NCBI GenBank assembly: GCA_022703055.1 | Contig: JAKLEP010000002.1 | Location: 224,480 to 288,479, forward strand | Reading direction: 5' to 3' | Source: Candidatus Omnitrophota bacterium | Lineage (GTDB): Bacteria; Omnitrophota; Gorgyraeia; VGKH01 | DNA length: 64,000 bases | Shown: piece by piece, positions 19,293 to 28,875 of the stretch | How the letters are laid out: each line of letters opens with the position of its first letter | Numbering within the stretch: position 1 is the stretch's first letter | Notes under the pieces: model-generated | What the model was told of the DNA's origin: nothing | What the model saw: the letters and a program-made list of their open reading frames with translations, nothing else | Database searches by the model: none | Made by a program: the position numbers and the translations under genes

Positions 19293-19327
19293 TTTTTACT
19301 TTTTTCTTCTTACTTTTTACTTTCCAT

Positions 19328-20302
19328 CTACTCTTGCCTACGTTTCGGGCTAGCGAAAACATAAACTATCGCGCCGACAACGCCTGTTATAACGAACAAG
19401 AAAAAAACTATTAATGACATGGTCTCGGCATAGGTTGCCGGATACCCCACGCGGCCGAAGAAATAAACCGAGCTTAAATCCCTTGAGCCCAGGCCCAGCA
19501 TGGTCAAAGGAATCATGGAAATCGCATTGACGATAGGAATAATCACAAAGAAATAAATCAAATCGATATGAAAGCCCAGGCTTTCTGCAATAAAATATCC
19601 TATAAAAACTGAGATTACTTGGATTAAAAGTGCCGCAACTAAAGTAAATAAAAGCGCCTTTAATCTTGCCTCGCGTAAGAAAGAATTGATAGATTCGTCA
19701 AAATTTACTAGAGCGTTTTTAACCGAACCAACCCTGCTAAAAATAGCCTGCATTAATTTAGCTATCCTTCGATTGAATAAAACCAAGATTATGGCGAGGA
19801 GTATCCCGGCTATAATCGCAAAAGAAATCAAAACCGGCTTATCCACGAACTTATATCCCAAGAAAAGTGAGATAAATGCCACTGTCACCACAGCAATGTA
19901 GCCGCTGATCCTATCCAGCATAACCGTGGCAAGAAGTTTGGACTTGGAATTTGACGAATAAACCGACAAATCCACGGTCCTGGCCAAATCTCCCCCTATT
20001 GTGCTGGGGATGAAAAGATTTACTGCCAGGCCCATCAGATACGACACAACCACCCGCGAAAAAGGAACAATAACCCCAGCTGCTTTTAATAAAATATTCC
20101 AACGGAACATCCCCAGAAAATAATTGAAGGCGAATAAGAATACGGCTATTGAAAAATAAACAGGATTGGCTTTTTTTATGGCGAGGACAACATCGTGAAA
20201 TTTGATTTCAGTCTTGGTGTAGAGAAAAACCAAAAGCCCTACCGTGATTGCGATTTTTAAGAAATAAATGAGGATATTCTTAAGGCCTTGGTTTATTTTC
20301 AT
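19328..20302 (-). CDS. Membrane protein with a lysylphosphatidylglycerol synthase TM / flippase-like domain (UPF0104)
   Basis: 324 aa with about 8 TM segments. FRWNILLKA and STIGGDLAR motifs are characteristic of this family. Confidence 0.65.
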   Translation of the reverse strand: MKINQGLKNILIYFLKIAITVGLLVFLYTKTEIKFHDVVLAIKKANPVYFSIAVFLFAFNYFLGMFRWNILLKAAGVIVPFSRVVVSYLMGLAVNLFIPSTIGGDLARTVDLSVYSSNSKSKLLATVMLDRISGYIAVVTVAFISLFLGYKFVDKPVLISFAIIAGILLAIILVLFNRRIAKLMQAIFSRVGSVKNALVNFDESINSFLREARLKALLFTLVAALLIQVISVFIGYFIAESLGFHIDLIYFFVIIPIVNAISMIPLTMLGLGSRDLSSVYFFGRVGYPATYAETMSLIVFFLFVITGVVGAIVYVFASPKRRQE

Positions 20303-20310
20303 TTTTTGTT

Positions 20311-21201
20311 TTACGCTTTGAGCGCAAGCATTTTAAGTGCCTGCTCGTATTTGGAGCTGGTTTTCTCGACGATATCTTTGGGCAATTCCGGCGCCGGAGG
20401 AGTCTTATCCCAATCAAGCGACTCCAGATAATCCCGGACAAACTGCTTGTCAAAACTTGGCTGGGATTTTCCGGGCGCATATTCTGATTTCGGCCAAAAC
20501 CTAGATGAATCGGGCGTCAAGACTTCGTCGATAAGAATCATTTTGCCATCGTATAAACCGAATTCAAATTTGGTATCGGCAATAATAATACCCTTTGATT
20601 CGGCATGATTAGCCGCCTTTTTATAAATCGCAAGGCTTACATCCCTTAGCTTGGAGGTAATGTCTCTGCCTAATTCTTTTTCCACGTAATCCTGGCTTAC
20701 ATTAATGTCGTGGCCCACTTCCTCTTTGGTCGAAGGCGTGAATATAGCCTCAGGTAGCTTGTCAGATTCTTTGAGGCCTTTGGGCAATTTTATTCCGCAA
20801 ATGGATTGCGATTTCTGGTATTCCTTCCAGCCCGAGCCGGAAAGATAACCTCTGACTACGCACTCAACCGGAATGGACTTGGCTTTTTTTACCAGCATTG
20901 AACGGCCGTCGAGAATGTCAAAATATTTTGATAATGATTTAGGGAATTCATTTACATTTGCGGAAATTAAATGGTTAGGAATAATGTCCTTTGTGAAATC
21001 AAACCAGAAAAGCGAAAGCTTGGTCAAGATCTCGCCTTTATGAGGAATGCAAGTCGGAATAACCACGTCAAAACAAGAAATCCTGTCGGTAGATATAACC
21101 AAAAGCTTGTCTTTTAAGTCGTAAACGTCCCTTACTTTTCCTCTTTTAAATAATTCTACATCCTTGAAGCTGGTAATACGCAGGGGTTCTTTTTCCTTCA
21201 T
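20311..21201 (-). CDS. purC: Phosphoribosylaminoimidazole-succinocarboxamide synthase (SAICAR synthase)
   Basis: 296-aa long-form PurC. Motifs seen: [24 protein letters not shown]. Confidence 0.9.
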   Translation of the reverse strand: MKEKEPLRITSFKDVELFKRGKVRDVYDLKDKLLVISTDRISCFDVVIPTCIPHKGEILTKLSLFWFDFTKDIIPNHLISANVNEFPKSLSKYFDILDGRSMLVKKAKSIPVECVVRGYLSGSGWKEYQKSQSICGIKLPKGLKESDKLPEAIFTPSTKEEVGHDINVSQDYVEKELGRDITSKLRDVSLAIYKKAANHAESKGIIIADTKFEFGLYDGKMILIDEVLTPDSSRFWPKSEYAPGKSQPSFDKQFVRDYLESLDWDKTPPAPELPKDIVEKTSSKYEQALKMLALKA

Positions 21202-21228
21202 ATGCTCCTCTTTTATGCGTTAAAGAAT

Positions 21229-23007
21229 TTAAGATTTTTCTAATCTATTCTTCAAGGCCTGCCACTCGCTAAGCAATTCCTGAGGAAGGTCTTTGCCGAA
21301 AATCTTAAGAAATTCTTTTTGCGATTGAAGTTCTTTGATCCAATTATCTTTGTTTACGAAAAATAATTTCTCCACGGAACTAGCGGGAAGTTCAAGGCCG
21401 GTCATATCGATATCCTTAGGATCGGGAATGTATCCTATCGGTGTCTTGACTGCGTCAACTTTATTATTGCAACGATCCAAAATCCATTCCAGGATTCTTA
21501 AGTTCTCCCCGAATCCAGGCCAAAGCATATTTTCATTTTCATCGCGCCTGAACCAATTGACATGGAAAATTTTAGGCGGTTTTACCATTTTTTTGCCGAG
21601 CTTAAGCCAGTGAGCGAAATATTTCGCCATGTTATAACCGCAGAAAGGCAACATTGCCATGGGATCGCGGCGCACTTCTCCTTGTTTTCCGTATTGGGCA
21701 GCGGTGCGTTCCGACGCCATGGTCGCGCCGACAAAAACTCCGTGCTGCCAATTAAATGACTCATATACTAACGGCGCCAAATGCGCGCGCCTTCCGCCGA
21801 AAAGTATGGCGGAAATAGGAACACCGTGATGCTGGTCAATTCTAAACGATGCCGTGGGACATTGTTTGATCGGCGCAGTGAAACGGCTGTTGGAATTTGC
21901 GCCTAATACAGGCTTGCCTTCTTTATCAAGCATTCCCGGCTTCCAGGGCTTTCCTGTCCAGTCTATGCCTTCTTGAGGAATTGGGCCATCGCCATCTTCC
22001 CACCAGACTGTCTTTTCAGGCGTCAATAACACGTTGGTATAAATCGTATTCTTCTTAATTGTCGCCATGGCATTAGGATTGGTCTTGGAATTTGTCCCAG
22101 GGGCTACACCGAAGAATCCGGTCTCAGGATTAATCGCCCAGAGAGAGCCGTCAGAATCGATACGCATCCAGGCGATATCATCGCCGACTGTCCAGATCCT
22201 GTAGCCTTTACTTTTTAATCCCTCCGGTGGAATAAGCATGGCAAGATTAGTTTTACCGCAGGCGCTGGGAAAAGCAGCGGCAATATATTCTATATGGCCA
22301 TTGGGCTCTTCAATACCCATAATCAACATATGCTCGGCAAACCATCCCTCTTCTTTGGCCAAATAACTGGCGATACGTAGCGATAAACACTTCTTTCCTA
22401 ACAAAACATTTCCGCCATAACCGGAGCCAACGCTCCAGATGGTGTTATCCTGGGGGAAATGCAGGATCAATCTCTTCTTTTCATCCAAATCGGCTTTCCC
22501 ATGCAGGCATTTGGTGAATTCTCCGTCGGTACGCAACACCTCTAAAACGCTTCTGCCTATACGGGTCATTATCCTCATATTCAAAACCACGTAAATGCTG
22601 TCGGTTAATTCTATACCGATTTTACTGAATTCAGAACCCACGGGCCCCATTGAAAAAGGAATAACGTACATTGTCCGGCCCTTCATCGAGCCTTTAAAAA
22701 TATCTCCAGCTTTCTTATAAGCTTCCCTAGGGGACATCCAGTTATTGGTCGGGCCAGCCTCTTTCTTAGTCTTGGTGCAGATGTAGGTAAGATGCTCAGT
22801 CCTCGCCACATCATTTATGGCGGTGCGATGATAAACACAGCCGGGAAGTTTCTCTTGGTTTAATTCAATTAGCTCGCCGGTTGCGAAAGCCTCTTGTTCC
22901 AGACGCTGTTTTTCCTCTTCCGAGCCATCGATCCAGACGATTTTATCCGGCTGGCACATATTGGCCATTTTCTTTACCCAAAGTTGAAGTTCTTTGTGTT
23001 TGGTCAT
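21229..23007 (-). CDS. pckG: Phosphoenolpyruvate carboxykinase (GTP)
   Basis: 592 aa. Motifs seen: kinase-1a (FPSACGKTN), WMRID and NWFR. Confidence 0.95.
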   Translation of the reverse strand: MTKHKELQLWVKKMANMCQPDKIVWIDGSEEEKQRLEQEAFATGELIELNQEKLPGCVYHRTAINDVARTEHLTYICTKTKKEAGPTNNWMSPREAYKKAGDIFKGSMKGRTMYVIPFSMGPVGSEFSKIGIELTDSIYVVLNMRIMTRIGRSVLEVLRTDGEFTKCLHGKADLDEKKRLILHFPQDNTIWSVGSGYGGNVLLGKKCLSLRIASYLAKEEGWFAEHMLIMGIEEPNGHIEYIAAAFPSACGKTNLAMLIPPEGLKSKGYRIWTVGDDIAWMRIDSDGSLWAINPETGFFGVAPGTNSKTNPNAMATIKKNTIYTNVLLTPEKTVWWEDGDGPIPQEGIDWTGKPWKPGMLDKEGKPVLGANSNSRFTAPIKQCPTASFRIDQHHGVPISAILFGGRRAHLAPLVYESFNWQHGVFVGATMASERTAAQYGKQGEVRRDPMAMLPFCGYNMAKYFAHWLKLGKKMVKPPKIFHVNWFRRDENENMLWPGFGENLRILEWILDRCNNKVDAVKTPIGYIPDPKDIDMTGLELPASSVEKLFFVNKDNWIKELQSQKEFLKIFGKDLPQELLSEWQALKNRLEKS

Positions 23008-23008
23008 T

Positions 23009-23860
23009 TTAACTCCTTAGTAATTCGCTTGCGAGATATGAGCTGCGCACGAACGGTCCGCTTAAGACATATTTGAATCCTAATTTTTCTGCAATTTCTT
23101 TATATTCCTTAAATTCATCGGGAGAAACAAATTTAGCAACTTGTAAATGTTGGTTTGACGGCGCAAGATACTGGCCGATAGCCAGAATATCACAACTAAC
23201 GCCTTTTAAATCTTGCATTGTCTGAATAATTTCCGCCCAGGTCTCGCCCATTCCCAAAAGTATCGCAGATTTTGTTAAGATATTTCTATCAATCTTTCTG
23301 ATTTCATTTAGCACACCTAAAGATCGCCGGTAATTCGCCATCGGCCGCACCTTTTGATAAAGCCTTTCTACGGTTTCGATATTATGACCAATGACATCGG
23401 GCGAAGAATCCATGACTTTTCCCAAGCTTCCTAGATTTCCCTGAAAATCAGGAATCAGTAATTCGATCTTTGTATCAGGGTTTAGATTTTTTATCTGCTT
23501 TACAGTTTCGGCAAACACTGAAGCTCCACCTTCGGATAAATCATCCCTGGTGACAGAAGTAATCACTACATAATCTAAATTAAGTTTTTTAACGGCTCTA
23601 GCTATATTTTGCGGCTCATTAATATCTAACTTTCCCGGCATGCCTTTTCTAACCGCGCAAAACTGGCAATTGCGTGTACAGATATCGCCCAAAATCATAA
23701 AAGTCAAAGCACCGTGAGAAAAACATTCTCCCATATTCGGGCAATGCGCGCTGACACAAACAGTATGAAGATTTAAATCTTTAACAAGATCCAGCTTTGA
23801 TTTTATGGAGGCTGAATCAGGAATTTCTTTTTTAAGCCAAGAGGGTAAAGTCTTTATCAT
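23009..23860 (-). CDS. lipA: Lipoyl synthase
   Basis: Motifs seen: CPNMGEC and CTRNCQFC. The start is placed at [14 protein letters not shown] (ATG 23860), which overlaps the upstream small ORF stop as ATGA. The 45-codon extension in the ORF track is rejected. Confidence 0.9.
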   Translation of the reverse strand: MIKTLPSWLKKEIPDSASIKSKLDLVKDLNLHTVCVSAHCPNMGECFSHGALTFMILGDICTRNCQFCAVRKGMPGKLDINEPQNIARAVKKLNLDYVVITSVTRDDLSEGGASVFAETVKQIKNLNPDTKIELLIPDFQGNLGSLGKVMDSSPDVIGHNIETVERLYQKVRPMANYRRSLGVLNEIRKIDRNILTKSAILLGMGETWAEIIQTMQDLKGVSCDILAIGQYLAPSNQHLQVAKFVSPDEFKEYKEIAEKLGFKYVLSGPFVRSSYLASELLRS

Positions 23861-24054
23861 TTTGAATCGGAAATGAATTTCTTTATTGAACGGTCGTAAG
23901 TCTTCTCTGCCACCGGCGAAAAATAGCAGGCCGGAAGTTGTCCTTGCCTGCGATGATATAGGATACATTCGCAACAGATACCTTTTCTCTCGCAAGGCTC
24001 ATAGGTGCAATTGCAATTTTCTAAATTTATCTTTTTATTTTTGCATTCGGTCAT
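23857..24054 (-). CDS. Cys-rich small protein of unknown function, DUF6485-like
   Basis: 65 aa with 8 Cys (CKN...[21 protein letters not shown]...C). It has ATGA overlaps with def upstream and lipA downstream. Confidence 0.55.
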   Translation of the reverse strand: MTECKNKKINLENCNCTYEPCERKGICCECILYHRRQGQLPACYFSPVAEKTYDRSIKKFISDSK

Positions 24055-24545
24055 ATTTTTAGCTTTGCCCGTATATCTTTGATCCTTTTTCTGATACGGA
24101 ATTTATCGACGAGATTTGCATAGTCAATAATGAGCTTTCCATCCAAATGGTCTATCTCATGCTGCAGGGCTCTGGCCAATATCTCATCAGCCTCAATGAC
24201 AAATTTCTTGTTATTTTTATCCAATGCCTCAACGACTATCTTCTTGGATCTTTTTACTCTAACGGAAACTTCAGGGAAACTAAGACAACCCTCTTCAAGC
24301 GATACATAGCCTTCTTTTTTTATTATTTTGGGGTTGGCAATCATCAATAGAGAATTATTGTATTCGATAACAATCATTCTTTTGCTCAAACCTATCTGGG
24401 GCGCTGCCAGGCCTACGCCGCCTGCCGCGCGCATAATCGAAAGCATCTCATTAAAAAGCTTACGTTCGCTCTCGCCGACATTTTTTACAGGCTTTGCTCT
24501 TTTGCGTAAAACTGTATCTCCAAATATGCAGATTTTACCGTCCAA
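24051..24545 (-). CDS. def: Peptide deformylase
   Basis: 164 aa with the [17 protein letters not shown] and HEIDHLDG motifs. Confidence 0.9.
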   Translation of the reverse strand: MDGKICIFGDTVLRKRAKPVKNVGESERKLFNEMLSIMRAAGGVGLAAPQIGLSKRMIVIEYNNSLLMIANPKIIKKEGYVSLEEGCLSFPEVSVRVKRSKKIVVEALDKNNKKFVIEADEILARALQHEIDHLDGKLIIDYANLVDKFRIRKRIKDIRAKLKI

Positions 24546-24554
24546 TGAATCTCC

Positions 24555-24908
24555 TTATTTATTCTTGATTCTGTTCTTATCGTCGACTTTAACCAGTTTT
24601 ATCTTTACGGATTTAGCTTCTTTTTCTTCGATAAAACCATAAGCAAGTATGATTACTTCGTCTCCGACCTTTCCCGAAAGCGCGGCTGCGCCGTAAAGGC
24701 AGACAGAGCCGGAATTCTTCTTGCCTGATATGGCGTAGGTTTCGATTCTTGAGCCATTATTTAAGTTTAATACTTCTACTTTCTCTCCAGGAATGATCCC
24801 GGATTCCAAAAGCAAGGCTTCATCGATTTCAATACTGCCCTCGTAGTGGATTTTAGTTGCCGTAATTTTTGCACCAGAAATTTTTGACTTGCACATTATT
24901 ATCATCAT
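24555..24908 (-). CDS. panD: Aspartate 1-decarboxylase
   Basis: 117 aa with the self-cleavage site HYEGS. Length and layout match PanD. Confidence 0.85.
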   Translation of the reverse strand: MMIIMCKSKISGAKITATKIHYEGSIEIDEALLLESGIIPGEKVEVLNLNNGSRIETYAISGKKNSGSVCLYGAAALSGKVGDEVIILAYGFIEEKEAKSVKIKLVKVDDKNRIKNK

Positions 24909-25417
24909 AGCCCTAAAGCCTCCAATATTTTATCCGCAAATAATGATGCCGCAGTTGGACCATTAGCGGTAATGATTTTCCCGTCCGTCACAACCGACTC
25001 GGCCGTATAAACAGCGCCTTGTGCCTTTAAACTTTTTATCTCCGAAGACCAAACCGTAGCTTTTTTTCCTTTTAACACTCCCGCATTTGCTAAGATTATG
25101 GGAGCGATACAAATAGCGGCCAAAACTTTATTTTGTTTTACCGCTTCGACAGCTAAATTGTGGGCTACTGGATCATCCCAATATTCCTGTGCACCTGCTC
25201 CGCCGACAAATATGATTGCGTCGTAATCTTCGGCTTTGATATCATCTACTAATATATCCGGATTAACTCTGGTGCCCAGTATTCCCCTGGCTGTATCTAA
25301 ACTCGATGAAGCAATTGTAACTTTTACACCATTATCCTCAAGGACCAAATGTGGGACCTTAAATTCCTCGTCTCTAAAACTATTGCTTGCGATAATCATC
25401 ACTGCTTTTTTTGCCAT
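24905..25417 (-). CDS. DJ-1/PfpI-family protein
   Basis: 170 aa with the nucleophile elbow (AAICIAP) and FVGGAG. Confidence 0.85.
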   Translation of the reverse strand: MAKKAVMIIASNSFRDEEFKVPHLVLEDNGVKVTIASSSLDTARGILGTRVNPDILVDDIKAEDYDAIIFVGGAGAQEYWDDPVAHNLAVEAVKQNKVLAAICIAPIILANAGVLKGKKATVWSSEIKSLKAQGAVYTAESVVTDGKIITANGPTAASLFADKILEALGL

Positions 25418-25420
25418 ACC

Positions 25421-26476
25421 CTACCTCTTGATTACTTCATAGGTCTGCTTTGCTATCATAAGCTCTTCGTTGGTGGGAATAACTAAAACCTTGGGTCTCT
25501 TTCTTAAACACGGCAATAATCCCTGGCAGACTTTGTTTCTGATAAAAGCTTGGTTTTCTCCGATTCCGGCAGTAAAAACTATTGCATCCAAGCCGCAGAG
25601 AAGCGCTGCATAAGCTCCAATATACTTTTTTATTCTATAAATGAATATCTCCAAAGCCAATTTTGCCTTCTTGTTTCCATTTTTGTAAGCGCCAAATAGT
25701 TTACGCATATCATTACTTATACCGGAGACGCCGATTAAGCCGCTTTTCTTATTAAGAATCTCATCCATTTTCTCCGATGATACATTTAACCTGCGCTGCA
25801 AATAGGTAACGACTGCGGGATCTAAATCGCCGCAGCGCGTTCCCATCAACAGTCCTTCTAAAGGCGTAAAACCCATACTTGTATCCATTGATTTTCCATG
25901 CTTCACGGCAGTTATACTGCAACCATTTCCTAAATGGCAGGTTATCAAACGAAGCTTGTTAAGCGGTTTATTCAATTTCTTTGCCGCCTCATGCGCGACA
26001 TATTCGTGGCTCGTGCCGTGAAATCCGTATTTACGGATGCCGAATCTTTTGTAATATTCGTAAGGCAGGCCATATATGTAGGCGAAATCCGGCAGGCTAT
26101 GGTGGAAAGCTGTATCAAAAACAGCAACCTGTGGAATATGCTTCAATATCTTTCTGCACGCCATTATCCCGGCCAAATTAGCCGGATTATGAAGTGGCGC
26201 TAGTTTCGAACAACGTTTAATCTTAGCGATAACGCGGTCGTCGATTAACGTGGGCTTCCAGAATTCTTCTGCCCCATGTACGACGCGATGGCCAATAGCG
26301 CTAACACTTGGTAAATTTCTCAAGATTAACGCTATACCCTCATGATGATTTTTAACCTTTGAGCCGGTTTCACCGATTCTCTCGATAAAACCTTTTTTGA
26401 TAATCCTTTTTGACGGCATATCAAATAACTGATATTTTATCGATGAGCTTCCTGAATTTATAGTTAGTATCTTCAT
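25421..26476 (-). CDS. ackA: Acetate kinase, compact 351-aa form
   Basis: Motifs seen: INSGSSSIKYQLF, GHRVVHG, HNPANL, VAVFDTAFH, YGFHGTSH, CHLGNG, DTSMGFTPLEG, FTAGIGEN and IPTNEE. Two segments are shorter than in 400-aa AckA. Confidence 0.8.
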   Translation of the reverse strand: MKILTINSGSSSIKYQLFDMPSKRIIKKGFIERIGETGSKVKNHHEGIALILRNLPSVSAIGHRVVHGAEEFWKPTLIDDRVIAKIKRCSKLAPLHNPANLAGIMACRKILKHIPQVAVFDTAFHHSLPDFAYIYGLPYEYYKRFGIRKYGFHGTSHEYVAHEAAKKLNKPLNKLRLITCHLGNGCSITAVKHGKSMDTSMGFTPLEGLLMGTRCGDLDPAVVTYLQRRLNVSSEKMDEILNKKSGLIGVSGISNDMRKLFGAYKNGNKKAKLALEIFIYRIKKYIGAYAALLCGLDAIVFTAGIGENQAFIRNKVCQGLLPCLRKRPKVLVIPTNEELMIAKQTYEVIKR

Positions 26477-26480
26477 AAAA

Positions 26481-27422
26481 TTATTTCTCCCTGGCTGCCC
26501 TGATGGCGGTGACTGCTACGCAATCCACTATTTCATCTACGGTACATCCTCTTGATAAATCGCTGCAGGGTTTGTTTAGTCCCTGAAGCAAAGGTCCTAA
26601 CGCCACTGCTTTCGCAAGACGATTTATAAGTTTATATCCGATATTACCTGCTTCTAAATCCGGAAAAATTAAAATATTAGCGTCGCCTTTTATTATTCCG
26701 TTTTTATTCTTAATCGTAGCTACTTCGGGAACTACTGCGCTATCGACCTGGAGCTCTCCGTCGACTATTAGATCGGGCTGCATCTCTCTTGCCAGCCTTG
26801 TCGCTTCTTTGACTTTATCGACCATCTCGCCTTCGGCTGAGCCTTTGGTGGAATAACTGAGCATCGCAACTCTAGGAGTAAGCCCTAAGACGGCCCTACC
26901 CAATCTAGATGTTGCCACGGCTATACTGGCAAGCTGTTTTGCGCTCGGATCCGGTATGATCCCGCAGTCGGCAAATAAAAACACTCCTTTTTCGCCAAAA
27001 TCTTCATGGGGAAGAATCATGATAAAACTACTTGATATCGTTCCGATACTTCTATCTACCCCGAGACAGTAAATTGCGGCCCTAGCCACATCTGAAGTAG
27101 TATGGCTTGCGCCGGCGACAAAACCATCTGCCTCATCATTCCTTGCCATCATCGCGGCATAATACAACGGGTCAGAAATAGTTTTACGCGCATCTTCGGG
27201 AGTTATATTTTTATGCTTTCGCAGTTGATAAAACTGCTCGGAGAATTTATCAACCTTATTTTTATCCAGGCTGTCCCTGCTAAGAAGAACCACATTGGCT
27301 ATGGATTCTTTACGGATTATCTCTACCGCTGCCCTTACGCGCTGGTCTTCCATTTCCGGGAGGACAATGGTTCTTGCTAAAGATCTTGCATCCTGCCTTA
27401 ATTTTTTAATTATGTCTTCCAT
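26481..27422 (-). CDS. pta: Phosphate acetyltransferase, catalytic PTA_PTB domain only
   Basis: 313 aa covering the characteristic C-terminal half of Pta (SHTTSDV, GPLLQGL.KP..DLSRG). Confidence 0.85.
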   Translation of the reverse strand: MEDIIKKLRQDARSLARTIVLPEMEDQRVRAAVEIIRKESIANVVLLSRDSLDKNKVDKFSEQFYQLRKHKNITPEDARKTISDPLYYAAMMARNDEADGFVAGASHTTSDVARAAIYCLGVDRSIGTISSSFIMILPHEDFGEKGVFLFADCGIIPDPSAKQLASIAVATSRLGRAVLGLTPRVAMLSYSTKGSAEGEMVDKVKEATRLAREMQPDLIVDGELQVDSAVVPEVATIKNKNGIIKGDANILIFPDLEAGNIGYKLINRLAKAVALGPLLQGLNKPCSDLSRGCTVDEIVDCVAVTAIRAAREK

Positions 27423-27423
27423 A

Positions 27424-28533
27424 TTATATATTCTCCAATATTTTTTCTATTTCCACAAAGCTTTTAACTACCTCTTTTATCTTTTCAATTTTTTCTTTAT
27501 CCTGAGGCCTTATCTTTACTGTCAGGTCGTGAACCTCATAGGTGGTATGGTAGGTATCCTCCTTTGATAAAATCAAAGGTATGCCGGATTTTGCAATTGT
27601 ATCCATTATTTCCTGATATGGACGTATACCGCCAGTTAAAATTATACCCGAGATGGAGGCGCCTCCTTTTCCTTTAAGCTTAGCATAGTGCTGACTTAAA
27701 GTAGTAGTGAGCATATCTTCCCTGTCCCCGGCGGTAATAATAAGACATTCATCCTTGAAATAATTTAATGCGTTTTGGGGTTCCATTGCTCCGACAAGAA
27801 TGCTCGATACACGATTATTAACATTTGCCCCACCCGAAATAAGTTCAAAATCAGTTTCCTCCAAAATCTGAGATATTGAAGGCGCGTTTAGCATCGGATA
27901 AAACGGTACGACCCCTAAAACCCTGATTCCTTTTTGGGTAAGGCCTTTGCGGACGTAATTACTGATTTTATCATATTTCTCCGGCAAGACTTTATTGACG
28001 ATAACGCCCAAAAGCTCAACCCCTTCTTTTTCGAACAGGGCTTTGTTCAACATGATTTCGTCTATCGGCCGTCCTACACCGCCGGAAGAAATCAATATCA
28101 CCTTGCTATCAAGAAGTTTAGCCACAGTGGCATTGGAATGGTCAAAAACACTCCCCACCCCGGCGTGGCCAGTGCCTTCGATAATCATCAAATCCCTACC
28201 CTTGGAGATATGCTCATAAGATTCCAAGATATGTTCAGTAATATCGCTTTTATTGGGGCTATCGATATATTTTTCGGTGAAGCCGCGCTCAACCGCTACC
28301 GGACTCATATCTTTAAGCGCGCATCTAACGTCACATATCTCACAGACCCGTTCTATTAAAACTGAATCCTCATCGATCTTGGCGCCTTCTTCCTCAAGAT
28401 ATCTTTGTCCGATGGGTTTTATAAATCCGATCTTCTTGAATTTTTCGCGTAGAGCAAAAATCAGGCCAAGCGAAACCGTGGTCTTGCCATCATTCTGCAT
28501 TGTCGCGGCGATAAAAATCTTCTTTGCACTCAT
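27424..28533 (-). CDS. Pta N-terminal-domain-like protein (P-loop BioD/CobQ-like domain plus DRTGG domain)
   Basis: 369 aa. It has NDGKTTVSLGL (P-loop-like) and a later DREDM region corresponding to DRTGG. Its stop TAA, one T, and the pta ATG follow directly. Confidence 0.65.
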   Translation of the reverse strand: MSAKKIFIAATMQNDGKTTVSLGLIFALREKFKKIGFIKPIGQRYLEEEGAKIDEDSVLIERVCEICDVRCALKDMSPVAVERGFTEKYIDSPNKSDITEHILESYEHISKGRDLMIIEGTGHAGVGSVFDHSNATVAKLLDSKVILISSGGVGRPIDEIMLNKALFEKEGVELLGVIVNKVLPEKYDKISNYVRKGLTQKGIRVLGVVPFYPMLNAPSISQILEETDFELISGGANVNNRVSSILVGAMEPQNALNYFKDECLIITAGDREDMLTTTLSQHYAKLKGKGGASISGIILTGGIRPYQEIMDTIAKSGIPLILSKEDTYHTTYEVHDLTVKIRPQDKEKIEKIKEVVKSFVEIEKILENI

Positions 28534-28850
28534 AAATTATTATTTATTTCTTTTACTAGTTGTTCTTTGGTTAAAAAACCTGACTTTTGAGCGCTGATAT
28601 TTCCCTCTCTGAAGAATATTAACGTCGGGACTGACATAACTCCGAATTTATTTGCAGTATCCTGGCCTTCCTCAATGTTAATTTTAGCAAATTTTACTTT
28701 TCCGTCGTAGGCTTTAGAAACCTCATCAAAAACAACGGAAAGCTTCTTGCAAGGACCGCACCATTCCGCAAAAAAATCTACCAAAACCGGCAGATCAGAC
28801 TTCATGACCTCCTTGTCGAAGTTCTGGTCATTAAGATGCACTATTGCCAT
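28530..28850 (-). CDS. trxA: Thioredoxin
   Basis: WCGPC active site. The start is placed at MAIVHLNDQNF (ATG 28850), preceded by GGAGGAG. The longer track ORF is rejected. Confidence 0.85.
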   Translation of the reverse strand: MAIVHLNDQNFDKEVMKSDLPVLVDFFAEWCGPCKKLSVVFDEVSKAYDGKVKFAKINIEEGQDTANKFGVMSVPTLIFFREGNISAQKSGFLTKEQLVKEINNNL

Positions 28851-28875
28851 AGTTTTACTCCTCCATTTTTTTAAA

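Noticed and set aside
19206-19327. Repetitive AAAAAG/CTTTTT motifs as a CRISPR array or MITE.
   Set aside because: There are no regularly spaced identical repeats with unique spacers and no second copy in the window. The structure is a single imperfect palindrome, best explained as a terminator.
23861-23995. 45-codon N-terminal extension of lipA.
   Set aside because: It overlaps the Cys-rich small ORF in another frame. LipA homology begins at [11 protein letters not shown], and ATG 23860 forms an ATGA coupling junction.
25421-26476. Butyrate kinase call suggested by the ~350-aa length and the neighbouring PTA_PTB gene.
   Set aside because: The motif set (GHRVVHG, HNPANL, VAVFDTAFH, YGFHGTSH, DTSMGFTPLEG, IPTNEE) is that of acetate/propionate kinases. 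I cannot exclude a preference for propionate.
27420-27427. Frameshifted or pseudogenised long-form pta.
   Set aside because: The junction is a clean TAA-T-ATG with a GGAG 10 nt upstream, and both halves are intact. This is more consistent with a natural split. Read-level confirmation is still advisable.
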